The position numbers and the translations under genes are program-made. The notes under the pieces were generated by a model, which was given only the letters and a program-made list of their open reading frames with translations, searched no databases and had not been told where the DNA came from. Shown here piece after piece: positions 52,034 to 61,503 of a DNA stretch of 64,000 bases (positions within the stretch are counted from its first letter, which is position 1; each line of letters starts with the position of its first letter). Source of the DNA: Thermoplasmata archaeon (GTDB lineage Archaea; Thermoplasmatota; Thermoplasmata; RBG-16-68-12; JAGMCJ01); assembly GCA_023136265.1 (NCBI GenBank), contig JAGLRN010000002.1, positions 667 through 64,666 on the forward strand, read 5' to 3'.

Positions 52034-53122
52034 ATGGAACCATTCCTCTACGCACATCAGAACAGGGGCAAGATCATCTGGATGAGTCAGAACACGAACA
52101 TGCTTCCCACGACCCCCGCCATAGCAGAAGCTGTTCTTGCGGCAGTCCAGCAGAAGGAGTACAACCTCTATCCCTACAAGGGAGGCGTTTTCGGTCTCCC
52201 AGAGGCACTGAAGGAAGACCTAGGGGCACCGGACTACGACGTGCTCCTCACGAATGGCGGAATCGAGGCGCTGTACATATTGACAAGGGCGCTCCTCGAG
52301 CGTGGGGACGAGGTCGTTGCCTCGGACCCGAGCTTCCTGCCCATACATCACCAGATCTCTCTGTCCAACGCGAAGACGATAGAGATGCCGATCTACTCCA
52401 AGCCATGGAAGATGACGCCCGACCGCGTCAACGAAGCTATCACGAAGAAGACGAAGATGATCCTTCTCATTGACCCGCTCAATCCTCTGGGAAGCGGGTA
52501 CAGCAAGGACGAGGTCAAGGCGATCTCGGAGATTGCCATGGACAACGATTTGTATCTACTGGACGACATCACGTACAGGGATTTCGCGGACGAGCATCAT
52601 GTGACATCGGAGTTCTATCCGGAGAAGTCGATTCTCGTGTACAGTTTCTCGAAGAACTGCGGGCTGGCGGGGATGAGGGTTGGAGGTCTCCTCGCGGAGC
52701 CCAAGCTCATGGAATCGTTCCTCAAGTACAACACTAACGTGCTCTCGGTCAACATACTCGCGCAGAGGGCCGCGCTGGCGGCCCTGCAAACGAAAAGGGA
52801 ATGGATCTCAACCGTTGTGGGGACTTGCAGAAGGAATCAGGCGACGATCAAAGAGGCCGTCGAGAGATGCCCTGGAGCGTTCCTTCCGGTATACCCGTCC
52901 TACACGAACATGTTCATAATCGACGTGGGCAACACTGGAGCGGAGCCCGAGAGAATACAGGAGAAGCTCCTGCTCGAGCATAGCATTTTCCTGAGAGCGG
53001 GGAACTACGTGAGCAAGCAGTTCGGCGGGAGGTTCGTGCGTGCATCGTTCTCCATTCCGGAGGAGCAGTGCCAGAAGTTCGCGAAGGCATTCCCGCAAGT
53101 GATGGCAGAGCTTTCCGGCTAG
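52034..53122 (+). CDS. Class I/II PLP-dependent aminotransferase
   Basis: DPLNPLG, D.TYRDF, SFSKNCGLAGMRVG. Confidence 0.9.
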   Translation: MEPFLYAHQNRGKIIWMSQNTNMLPTTPAIAEAVLAAVQQKEYNLYPYKGGVFGLPEALKEDLGAPDYDVLLTNGGIEALYILTRALLERGDEVVASDPSFLPIHHQISLSNAKTIEMPIYSKPWKMTPDRVNEAITKKTKMILLIDPLNPLGSGYSKDEVKAISEIAMDNDLYLLDDITYRDFADEHHVTSEFYPEKSILVYSFSKNCGLAGMRVGGLLAEPKLMESFLKYNTNVLSVNILAQRAALAALQTKREWISTVVGTCRRNQATIKEAVERCPGAFLPVYPSYTNMFIIDVGNTGAEPERIQEKLLLEHSIFLRAGNYVSKQFGGRFVRASFSIPEEQCQKFAKAFPQVMAELSG

Positions 53123-53157
53123 GCCACTTGAACCGCGAAGAAACTGAGAGAATCGCC

Positions 53158-53370
53158 TCACTCGGCCTGTTCCTTGACCTTTGGCTGGCACTCTGTGCAG
53201 ACGCGTATCACGTCGATGTAATCCTTGGAGAGACCCGCCTTCTTCGAGCCCATGTAGTGTGTGCAGTCAAAGCAGATGGTCTTCCCGCACCACTGGCACT
53301 TCCTGAGCTTCTTCTCGTACTCGCTCATCTCGAATCCCTTGCCACAAACCTCGCACACTACTTTTTCCAT
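53158..53370 (-). CDS. Small 8-Cys zinc-finger protein
   Basis: Four CxxC pairs in 70 aa. Confidence 0.7.
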   Translation of the reverse strand: MEKVVCEVCGKGFEMSEYEKKLRKCQWCGKTICFDCTHYMGSKKAGLSKDYIDVIRVCTECQPKVKEQAE

Positions 53371-53383
53371 GGTCTCATTGCTC

Positions 53384-53773
53384 CTAGAAATCGAAAGGTG
53401 TCTCAGCTATCACTTCGACAAGGTCCGCGGCTGTGAAGATGCCCACTATCTCCTCTCCGTCCGCGACCAGAAGTCGCTTTATCTTCATGTCCTTCATTAT
53501 CCTGGCCGCCTCCCTTACGGTGAATCGCTGGTTCACCGTTATGAGCGGTTCGGACATGTACTCGGACACTTTCAGTTTGCATGCATCAGCTCCCGCGCAC
53601 ACGACCTTGGACAGGAAATCCCTCTCCGTGAAAATCCCGACCGGCTTCCCGTCCCGCGTGACCACAAGGCTCCCTATGCGGTTCTCCCCCATCAGCGTGC
53701 AGGCCTCGTCAATCGTTCCATTCTCATCGATCGTGACGATATTCGTCTTCATAACCTCCCCGATTCGCAACAT
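53384..53773 (-). CDS. CBS-domain pair protein
   Basis: Two CBS repeats (IGSL.V...GIFTERD; IK.L.V...GIFT..D). Confidence 0.93.
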   Translation of the reverse strand: MLRIGEVMKTNIVTIDENGTIDEACTLMGENRIGSLVVTRDGKPVGIFTERDFLSKVVCAGADACKLKVSEYMSEPLITVNQRFTVREAARIMKDMKIKRLLVADGEEIVGIFTAADLVEVIAETPFDF

Positions 53774-53814
53774 GAGAGGACGGATGGCGAAGACCGAAAT
53801 AAAGCTTCCCGAAA

Positions 53815-54327
53815 CTATGTGATATAGGTCACGCTTGACCTGTCGAAGCCCTCGACGAGTTCAAGCTCTGACTGCTTCGGTGGAATCCAGCCGAAAACCG
53901 GATACACGATGTAATCGAAGAACTTCGTGATGTCCTCAGCCATCTTTGTCGTCGGATGATCGGATCCAAACATCGTCCTGCTAATCTCCACCGCCTTCTG
54001 GCGCGTCTTTCTCTCGTCGATTATCCCAATCGTATGCAGGTACTCGTGGAGTAGTATGTGAAACGAGTACGATTTGGTCAATGATGGATTGGTCTCCTCG
54101 ATTAGCCTGAGAGATGTCTTGTTCATGACGATGATGTTGGATGACACTGGGTAGTATGCGCCGATCCAGCCGGAACGCGTCCCGCCGAGTTCGGAGAGGC
54201 CGAGCATCAGACCCGCTCTCTTCTTCCCCAATTCCCGCTCAACCGCCTTCTTGACGAGCTCGAAAATGTCCGGAAGCCCATTCGTGGCTTCCAGTTCCTC
54301 TGCATAGTCGGTCATCCTCATATACAT
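53815..54327 (-). CDS. HExxH zinc-metallopeptidase-like protein
   Basis: ILLHEYLHTIG; exact start uncertain. Confidence 0.7.
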   Translation of the reverse strand: MYMRMTDYAEELEATNGLPDIFELVKKAVERELGKKRAGLMLGLSELGGTRSGWIGAYYPVSSNIIVMNKTSLRLIEETNPSLTKSYSFHILLHEYLHTIGIIDERKTRQKAVEISRTMFGSDHPTTKMAEDITKFFDYIVYPVFGWIPPKQSELELVEGFDRSSVTYIT

Positions 54328-54642
54328 CCGAAGGTCTGGGATATTAGGCTTTTCGTCGTGGGGGATTGGAGTGATCCTTCGAATCACACGGGCACGCGTC
54401 CGCTTCTCGCTGTGGGTGGCGCCTCACAAATCGGACGTGCTGGTATGGACACGCATTGCGTGGAGTCCCGGCACCCATCACAGCCAACCCAGTTCCAGTA
54501 TCTCGCAACTTTCAAATAGTTGCCCAGTATAAGTTCGAGGAAGACGTCACATTCCCTCGTTTTGGGAGATGGGCGTCGAATGCGATAGACGACAGGAGCG
54601 AGAAGGGGGACCGATAGACCACGAAACATGCGAGGATGAAAA

Positions 54643-57318
54643 ATGCATGTCGGTGATGTTCTGCTGTGGGCGGCCTTTGCCGTCGGGATTCTTGCGGTGA
54701 TTCTCACACTGCTGAAGCTCTTCATCCGATTGGAGCTGAACACCAGAATCAGTTGGGCGCTTTCGTTCATCACATTCTTGCTTGTCTCGGCTCCGTTCTT
54801 CCTTCTGATCTACGGCTTCATGTCATCCGATATGACGATTGAGTATGTGCACTCCTACTCGGCGACAGACCATGAGTGGTTCTACAAACTGGCGGGAGTA
54901 TGGGCTGGTGGAAAGGGTTCGATATTCCTCTGGGCGTTCTTCATCTCCCTCTTCGCACTCATTCAGGTCACCGTCTGGAACCTCAGGTCTGTGAAGAAGC
55001 GATCGTCTGAGACATACCAGGACTGGCTCTTCCTGATTCTGATCGCCCTCACAACAGTGTTTGTCTTCATTGTCCTCAAACTGGAGATGTTCGCGCCAAC
55101 GCCGAGCGCAGGCCTGATATTCGCTCCAGATGGGATAGGTCTGAACCCGCTGCTTGAAACGCCGCTGATGGCAGTTCACCCACCCGTGGAGTTTGCCGCC
55201 TATGGGTTTGCTGCCATTCCGTTTGCCACGAGCGTCGCCTTTCTGGCGTCAAACGACAAGAGATGGAAGTTCGATGCCTTGACCTATGGGAGGATGTCCT
55301 GGCTGTTCATGAGCCTTGGCATCGTCATAGGCGCCCTCTGGGCGTATACAGTCCTCGGCTGGGGGGGCTACTGGGGATGGGACCCTGTCGAGACCGCGAA
55401 TCTGCTGCCATGGATCTCGCTAACGGCTTTCCTTCATGCGGCCTTCATGAACCGAAGGAAGGGGTCGTACGCGAATCTGGCTCCCCTGCTCGGAATACTG
55501 AGCTTCTCGCTAGTCCTATTCACCACATTCGAGACGAGAAGCGGCTACGTGGACTCCGTCCATGCGTTCGCGGGCGGTGGGGCGGCCCTTCCGTTCGATC
55601 CAGCAGACAAGCTGATCTATGTCCTCGAGGCCTCCCAGGAGAGTGCCTTCTTCCTCGCCATTTTGCTTTTCATTCTTCTCATCGGAGCCCTCTTCTTCCT
55701 CCGGAGATTCCTCAGACAGGAGAGAGGGGTCAAGGAGTGGAAATACGTCGGTTACGCATACATGCTCATCTTCGGAATCCTGCTCATCCCGATTGCTGTG
55801 GATATCACTGCGTTCCTTTCGGGCTCCTTCGTGGTCATGAGGGTGCTCGGACTGGGGAACCTGGTCGTCGGATTGGCAGTCGTGCTCCTACTCCTAGTCG
55901 GGATCCCGTTCATCTGGGTCCTCATGACCTCCGAGGCAAAAGAGGATGCAGAGAAGAAACCGGTTCTTTCCTCGGACTCCTGGATGATGATCACGATTCT
56001 CATCTTGTCCGTGTGGTTTCTGGCCACATTCCTCCTCATGATGCAGGGACTGAACGGCCTGAGACCGGAGAGCTTTGAGGACCGACTTCCTCTCATCCTG
56101 ATCCCCCTTGGCGCAATCCTCATATTGTGTATGTCATGGGGATACGTGAGCCCGGGATTCTCCTTCTACATCGCCGGCCTGATAGTCGTCACATCGGTTG
56201 CCGGCTTCGTAATCTTCGCGAACGGGTACTTCTTCGTCTACATCCCGATCTCCTTGGGAATCCTCGCTACGGCCGGATACAGGATCGTCAAGGTCTCGGC
56301 CAAGAAGGACACAAGCAGGAACTTGAAACTGGCCGGCCTCTTTCTGATATCCGCTTCTATCCTGGGGATGATTATGTGGGGATCGGGTCCTTCCCGGGTC
56401 TGGTTGGGTCCCGTCAGTTTCGAGACGACCCTCCCACTTCTGTTTCTCGGGTTCGTTGCTTCGGTCGTTCCCTTCATCGCGGGGATAAGCACGCTGAGGG
56501 GAGGGAGCTACCGCCTGGCACTCATCGGCGGGACTCTTGGCATTGCCTCAATAGGTTTCCTTGCAGGACTTATTCTCTCGGTGATTGCACTGATTCTGAT
56601 CGTCTCGGAATCCTCCGGGAGCTTCTCCGAGTCCACATCATGGAGCAAGAGCGTGAAGAGACCGCTCGTGACGGTGAGCGCACATCTCATCCACATAGGC
56701 GCTGCGCTGATCATCATCGGCTACGCAACGAGCACATTCCTGCCCACGAGCTATGAGTACGAATCCCTGAATGTGAACCAGAGCCACGACTATCCAGAGG
56801 GTTACCGATTCGAGATTATCGAAACGAGAGGGTTTGACACTCACAGTGATATCGGGTATGAAACGATGGAGGTCGTAGTTCGCATTTCGGACTCGAGCGG
56901 GGCCATCGCTGACGCACCCCTCAGAATGATCTGGGCGAAACCTGGAATAGGCGGGCTGAGACAGCAATACATGTCCGACGTCTTCGTCCACTCCGAACAC
57001 GCAGTTGACATCTACTTCATTGTGATCGCCTTCCACACCCAAGCTGATGGATGGATAGCAATAAACACCGAGATCGAGGACGACGAGAAATTCTCCAGCC
57101 CGACTGTGGATGAAATCGTGATGGGCATCAAGTTCATACCCCTTGTTGGGCTAATATGGGGCGGAGCATGGATTATGTCGACTGGTATCGTGGCCAGGGT
57201 AGCGACCGATCGTTGGCCGGAGAAACGGAAGGAGGTCGCGCGAGAGCCCGTCGTGAGACCAGACAAGGACTACGAGAGGATGTTGGAGACAGAACTCGGG
57301 GCCCTGGAGGGCAGTTGA
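54643..57318 (+). CDS. ccmF: Cytochrome c heme lyase CcmF (expanded)
   Basis: GLNPLL...M.VHPP, WAY..LGWGGYWGWDPVE, SVHAF, HLIHIG. Confidence 0.92.
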   Translation: MHVGDVLLWAAFAVGILAVILTLLKLFIRLELNTRISWALSFITFLLVSAPFFLLIYGFMSSDMTIEYVHSYSATDHEWFYKLAGVWAGGKGSIFLWAFFISLFALIQVTVWNLRSVKKRSSETYQDWLFLILIALTTVFVFIVLKLEMFAPTPSAGLIFAPDGIGLNPLLETPLMAVHPPVEFAAYGFAAIPFATSVAFLASNDKRWKFDALTYGRMSWLFMSLGIVIGALWAYTVLGWGGYWGWDPVETANLLPWISLTAFLHAAFMNRRKGSYANLAPLLGILSFSLVLFTTFETRSGYVDSVHAFAGGGAALPFDPADKLIYVLEASQESAFFLAILLFILLIGALFFLRRFLRQERGVKEWKYVGYAYMLIFGILLIPIAVDITAFLSGSFVVMRVLGLGNLVVGLAVVLLLLVGIPFIWVLMTSEAKEDAEKKPVLSSDSWMMITILILSVWFLATFLLMMQGLNGLRPESFEDRLPLILIPLGAILILCMSWGYVSPGFSFYIAGLIVVTSVAGFVIFANGYFFVYIPISLGILATAGYRIVKVSAKKDTSRNLKLAGLFLISASILGMIMWGSGPSRVWLGPVSFETTLPLLFLGFVASVVPFIAGISTLRGGSYRLALIGGTLGIASIGFLAGLILSVIALILIVSESSGSFSESTSWSKSVKRPLVTVSAHLIHIGAALIIIGYATSTFLPTSYEYESLNVNQSHDYPEGYRFEIIETRGFDTHSDIGYETMEVVVRISDSSGAIADAPLRMIWAKPGIGGLRQQYMSDVFVHSEHAVDIYFIVIAFHTQADGWIAINTEIEDDEKFSSPTVDEIVMGIKFIPLVGLIWGGAWIMSTGIVARVATDRWPEKRKEVAREPVVRPDKDYERMLETELGALEGS

Positions 57319-58877
57319 TGAAGCGTAGGATTACCCCGTTGCTTGTCATGAGTTTGCTTTTCGCAATGGCCCTGGGACCCTGGCAGACCGCAGGTGCAGA
57401 TGATGACTCGGCCTTTACGATTGACAAACTTGAGATTGATGTAGTCCAGATGACCAACGACACGTCCTTCCTGATCATCGAGAGAGTCTATTTGAATAAT
57501 ACGGGGGACACTGTGTTCAACGGGACTCTTCACCACTGGCTGTCCAAAGAATCTGAGGTTTTCTCAATGGCCTGCGTGAGTCAGTCAACCACGGTAATGA
57601 GAAGGGTGAACGCTTCCGGATATGGATGTTACAACTTCACAAGAGATATGGTTGATGAGAACATAATCGCATTCACGCCATTTGACGAGAACGAGTCGCT
57701 CTCGTATTACGGTCAGGAGGGCAACCTGATACTCAACGCGTCAAACGCCAACGGATCCTCCTGGCATTCGGTCCCCGTCAATATCACTGTCGGCTGGGGG
57801 AATCAGTCAAAGTCCTCACTGTCATCGGGACAGGGTCTGACCATGAACGTGAGTCTCGACCGCATGGAGGCCAAACAACCAGTAGCAAGCCAAATCGGCA
57901 TCACAACAAGTCAATGGTTGAACGTAACAAACGATTCTCTGTGGAATGAGACCGTGTCCCTCTCGGTTGGGGGTCTTCCTGAAGGATGGGAGGCTCATTT
58001 CTACAATGAGACATCTGAGAATGACACATTGGACCTGCTGCCAAGCGAGACCAAGGCCGTCAGATTCGAAATCGAATTGCCCCCGCATAGAATATCCATG
58101 GAGTTCCTCTACGTGTTGTTATTGGACATCTCAGGGGATGAGAGGAAGACCGTCACATTCGAACAGGTCTTCCTTCACAACGTCTCCGTATACAGCCTGT
58201 GGCTCTTCCCCAAGTCTGGTTCGACCGTTTCCTTGCCTGGGACTTATTCACACTCCGCCCACAATCCGGGAGAGTACACGTTCCCCAATTGGCTGCATTC
58301 CATCTACATCTTCGATGATCAATGGAGCCAGTACGAGTCCGACCTCCACGATATCCTCGGATCTCCGTCCGAGGGAGAGACGCTGCAAATCACGATTGAG
58401 TGGGAAGAGACGACTGGAGAGGAGTTACCATTGGGTGTTCTGCTGATAGCAATGGTGGCCATGATCATCGCAACTGCCATCTTCATTCTGCTGAGAACCC
58501 CGCGAAGACGAGAGGAGGATGAGCCTGAGGAGGATCCGGTCGATGAAGCCCATGTCAGCGAGCGTAGAGGGATGGAAATCGCAGAATCGCTGAGGGAAGC
58601 GGAGGCTGCGTTCGCGGCGGGGCATCTCTCGAAGGCATTCTACGAGGATTTGAGAGGGAAATACGAAAGCGAGATGGAAGGGATTGAGGAAGTACAGGAG
58701 GACCCCGAGGTTTCTGCACTCAAGGGAGAGAAGGATAAGCTTCTGAGAGCGATAAAGGCGCTGCGGACGAAACTTGACGAGGGCAGAATCTCCAAGAGCT
58801 CGTATCAGCAACTTGTCAAAGACTACAAGGAAAGGGCAATAGAAATCATGAGAGAGATCGACAAGAGGGCGTTATAA
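57318..58877 (+). CDS. Ccm-associated membrane protein (exported domain, TM, two G.(I/L)S...Y..L helical motifs)
   Basis: TGATG coupling to ccmF; signal peptide; TM; tails resembling CcmI/SHOCT-like segments. Confidence 0.65.
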   Translation: MKRRITPLLVMSLLFAMALGPWQTAGADDDSAFTIDKLEIDVVQMTNDTSFLIIERVYLNNTGDTVFNGTLHHWLSKESEVFSMACVSQSTTVMRRVNASGYGCYNFTRDMVDENIIAFTPFDENESLSYYGQEGNLILNASNANGSSWHSVPVNITVGWGNQSKSSLSSGQGLTMNVSLDRMEAKQPVASQIGITTSQWLNVTNDSLWNETVSLSVGGLPEGWEAHFYNETSENDTLDLLPSETKAVRFEIELPPHRISMEFLYVLLLDISGDERKTVTFEQVFLHNVSVYSLWLFPKSGSTVSLPGTYSHSAHNPGEYTFPNWLHSIYIFDDQWSQYESDLHDILGSPSEGETLQITIEWEETTGEELPLGVLLIAMVAMIIATAIFILLRTPRRREEDEPEEDPVDEAHVSERRGMEIAESLREAEAAFAAGHLSKAFYEDLRGKYESEMEGIEEVQEDPEVSALKGEKDKLLRAIKALRTKLDEGRISKSSYQQLVKDYKERAIEIMREIDKRAL

Positions 58878-58927
58878 CGCCGTTATGCCAGTTCCTTCGT
58901 GAGTAAGCTTTATGATATGTCGATGTT

Positions 58928-59881
58928 ATGGTATGTTGGCTTTATATGCTCACAGATGAAATCCCCGAACCCCCGAGCACGACTTCCGGCCACAGTTGGA
59001 TCAAGCCTCTGATTGCAGGCTTAGTCATCCTTGCCTTCGCAGCAACATACGCACTTCTTGAGACGGATTCCACCGAGGATGAGCTGGACTCGTATGATGA
59101 TTTCTTTGGGACCAGGAATGATGACTGTGGATCCTGTCATTTCTCGATAAACCAAACCCTTGCCGGCGGAAAGCATTCGATATGGGATTGCACGATTTGT
59201 CATGACCCTGCCGAGACCTCCCAACTTGTGCTGATCAAGGACTGCACCGAGTGTCACGGATCGAAACATGACTACAGCAACGCCACCGAGTGTGTGAACT
59301 GTCACGACCCTCATGCGACTGGGTTCCAGCACGATATATCCAATCAACTGTGCCAGGACTGTCACACGAATGAGACCGCGGAGCTTGACATGGGCCCGCA
59401 TGATTGGCAGGACTGCACCAACTGCCACGGGAACCACAGCGAACTATCCAATAGCTGCGCCACCTGCCATGGAGTCAAGCATGCTGATTTGACGCCTGGA
59501 GGATTCCAGTACCCAGAGTGTCTTCAATGTCATGAACCGATGAACACCAGCTTCAGGCACGACGTGTCGAATGATCAGTGTCAGGATTGTCATTCCTCTG
59601 AGTTTTGGAGGTTGCAGGAGGGAGGACACATCGGAGAGAACTGCACGGACTGTCACACCCATCATGAGGAGATCACGATTGCCTGTGATGAATGCCATGG
59701 ACAATACCACGGGTACTCGTATCCGAAGTGCTTGGAATGCCACGAGCCGATGAAGGGGACACCGGGACCGGGAGAGTCCGACCTATCACAGGAAGCCATA
59801 GCATTCGCTGTAATCGCGATTGTGGCGGCCATCGCGATTTCGTCATTGCTCATCATCCATATGAGACGGAAGGAGGACTAG
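58928..59881 (+). CDS. Dodecaheme cytochrome c with N- and C-terminal membrane anchors
   Basis: 12 CxxCH motifs counted; alternative start ATG 58946. Confidence 0.95.
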   Translation: MVCWLYMLTDEIPEPPSTTSGHSWIKPLIAGLVILAFAATYALLETDSTEDELDSYDDFFGTRNDDCGSCHFSINQTLAGGKHSIWDCTICHDPAETSQLVLIKDCTECHGSKHDYSNATECVNCHDPHATGFQHDISNQLCQDCHTNETAELDMGPHDWQDCTNCHGNHSELSNSCATCHGVKHADLTPGGFQYPECLQCHEPMNTSFRHDVSNDQCQDCHSSEFWRLQEGGHIGENCTDCHTHHEEITIACDECHGQYHGYSYPKCLECHEPMKGTPGPGESDLSQEAIAFAVIAIVAAIAISSLLIIHMRRKED

Positions 59882-59884
59882 TCG

Positions 59885-60640
59885 ATGGAGGGGAAGGTTG
59901 GAGGTCCGGCCTCGATTCTCACTCGCATCGGCGGGATCTTCACAAAAACCCGAGACTGGGTGCTTTCAAGGTCCGGCCTCGTAGAGTTCGTTGAGGAGAC
60001 TGAGAAGAAGAAGGTTCCCAAGCACGCGCTCAACCCCATGTTCTGCCTTGGTGGAGTGACACTAGTTGCACTGATCCTCTTGGGACTCACGGGTCTGTTC
60101 CTGGATTCATACTACGAACCATCCGCGGCAGAATTCACCCCGAACCAGAGCAGGGCAGCACATAGCATCGAGACGATTGTTGATACCGTCCCGTTCGGCG
60201 CCTACGTGAAGGGCGTCCACGGCTGGTCGGCCAACATCATGGGCATAACCATTCTTCTTCATACTTTGAGGGTCTTCATCACGGGATCGTACAAGAATCC
60301 CAGGGAGTTCACCTGGATGAGTGGCGTTCTCTTGTTGATCTTTACGTTCACGTTCATCACCACGGGATACGTTCTGGTGGACGATGCCCGGTCCGAGGCG
60401 ATCGTGGAGACGTTCTCCAACCTCATCAACGGCATCCAGAACCTCCCGCTCATCGGCGGGGCACTTGATTGGCTCTCCGCTTGGGTCAACGACACATTCA
60501 TAGGCTCCTCGATTACGGGTGAGGGCGTACTAGTGCGTGCACACTGGATACATACGACAACTCTTCCTCTGATTACGGTAGCTCTGCTCGTCGCTCACTT
60601 CTATCTAATCAGAAAGCACGGGATAAGTGGTCCACTATGA
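59885..60640 (+). CDS. Cytochrome b, b6-like N-terminal subunit
   Basis: FCLGG, H...H (VHGW/LHTLRVF..G.YK.PRE), H...H then HGISGPL. Confidence 0.92.
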   Translation: MEGKVGGPASILTRIGGIFTKTRDWVLSRSGLVEFVEETEKKKVPKHALNPMFCLGGVTLVALILLGLTGLFLDSYYEPSAAEFTPNQSRAAHSIETIVDTVPFGAYVKGVHGWSANIMGITILLHTLRVFITGSYKNPREFTWMSGVLLLIFTFTFITTGYVLVDDARSEAIVETFSNLINGIQNLPLIGGALDWLSAWVNDTFIGSSITGEGVLVRAHWIHTTTLPLITVALLVAHFYLIRKHGISGPL

Positions 60641-60993
60641 CTGAAGAACCAGAGGAGAAGCACGAGGAAGGGAGACAATTCCTACCCAATCATCTTGTGG
60701 ACGAGGTGGGAGTCGTCTTTCTCATCACTGGAATCGTACTAGTTGTGGCTTCGCTCCTCAAACCTGAGCAGGCTGGTCTCCCCCATATCTTCTTCGCGGG
60801 AGCCCTGGAGATGATGAGCGCTGTGGCTCCCTGGTTTGCCACTGTGGTTCTGTCATTTCTCATCATCTTTCTCTTTGTGCTTCCGTTCGTGGATAGATCT
60901 GAAGAGAGACATCCGATGAAGAGAAAGGTCGTTGTGCTGATCATCCTGGCCGCTATCATCATGTGGATAGCCTTCACGATACTGGGGTTCTAG
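60637..60993 (+). CDS. Cytochrome b6f subunit IV-like protein
   Basis: FLPNHLVDE, LPFVDR...HP..R, three TMs. Confidence 0.8.
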   Translation: MTEEPEEKHEEGRQFLPNHLVDEVGVVFLITGIVLVVASLLKPEQAGLPHIFFAGALEMMSAVAPWFATVVLSFLIIFLFVLPFVDRSEERHPMKRKVVVLIILAAIIMWIAFTILGF

Positions 60994-61278
60994 ATGAAAG
61001 CAAGAAGGTCTGGCGGAAGGAGACTGCTCCTGTCAACGCTGATAATCGTTGGCCTCACAGGTGTTTCTCTGACGTTGGCAATCCATTCCATCGGTCAGCT
61101 TCTCAAGGCTATTGACATCCTCTACATCTTCCTTCTGTTGGCCTCTTCGTATGCAACAGTCGTGGGTGTCTACTCAACAGCTACAATCTTCTACAGTGTC
61201 GACAAGCTGAGCGGGAGACAGAAGAGGACCGTGAAGTTTCTGGAGTTCCAAGGTACGAACGAGGAGGGTCGAAAATGA
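60994..61278 (+). CDS. Small two-TM membrane protein
   Basis: Starts directly after the subunit IV stop; hydrophobic. Confidence 0.65.
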   Translation: MKARRSGGRRLLLSTLIIVGLTGVSLTLAIHSIGQLLKAIDILYIFLLLASSYATVVGVYSTATIFYSVDKLSGRQKRTVKFLEFQGTNEEGRK

Positions 61279-61502
61279 AGATTCTGGATGAGAAGCTCAC
61301 TATTCTTTTCCTTGTGGTTCTGGCTCTGTTTGCCCTGAGCGCGATATCTTTCATCTACGGTCTCGTCCAGGCACTCGGCAGCAGGTATCATGAGAGCACC
61401 TTCTTGATCGGCGTAGGATTCATAGTCTTGGCGTTCGCAGTATTCACGTACAGAGCCCACCAATATCCGGACGAGAAGCCCCAGGCGACTGAGGAGGAAT
61501 AG
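61275..61502 (+). CDS. Small two-TM membrane protein
   Basis: ATGA overlap; hydrophobic. Confidence 0.65.
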   Translation: MKILDEKLTILFLVVLALFALSAISFIYGLVQALGSRYHESTFLIGVGFIVLAFAVFTYRAHQYPDEKPQATEEE

Positions 61503-61503
61503 T

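Noticed and set aside
59879-60996. Pyrrolysine/UAG read-through fusing MHC to cytochrome b (TAG-TCG-ATG) and subunit IV to the next gene (TAG-ATG)
   Set aside because: TAG is a common true stop across this window, an SD (GGAGGA) precedes 59885, there are no pyl genes here, and in-frame junctions arise by chance one time in three.
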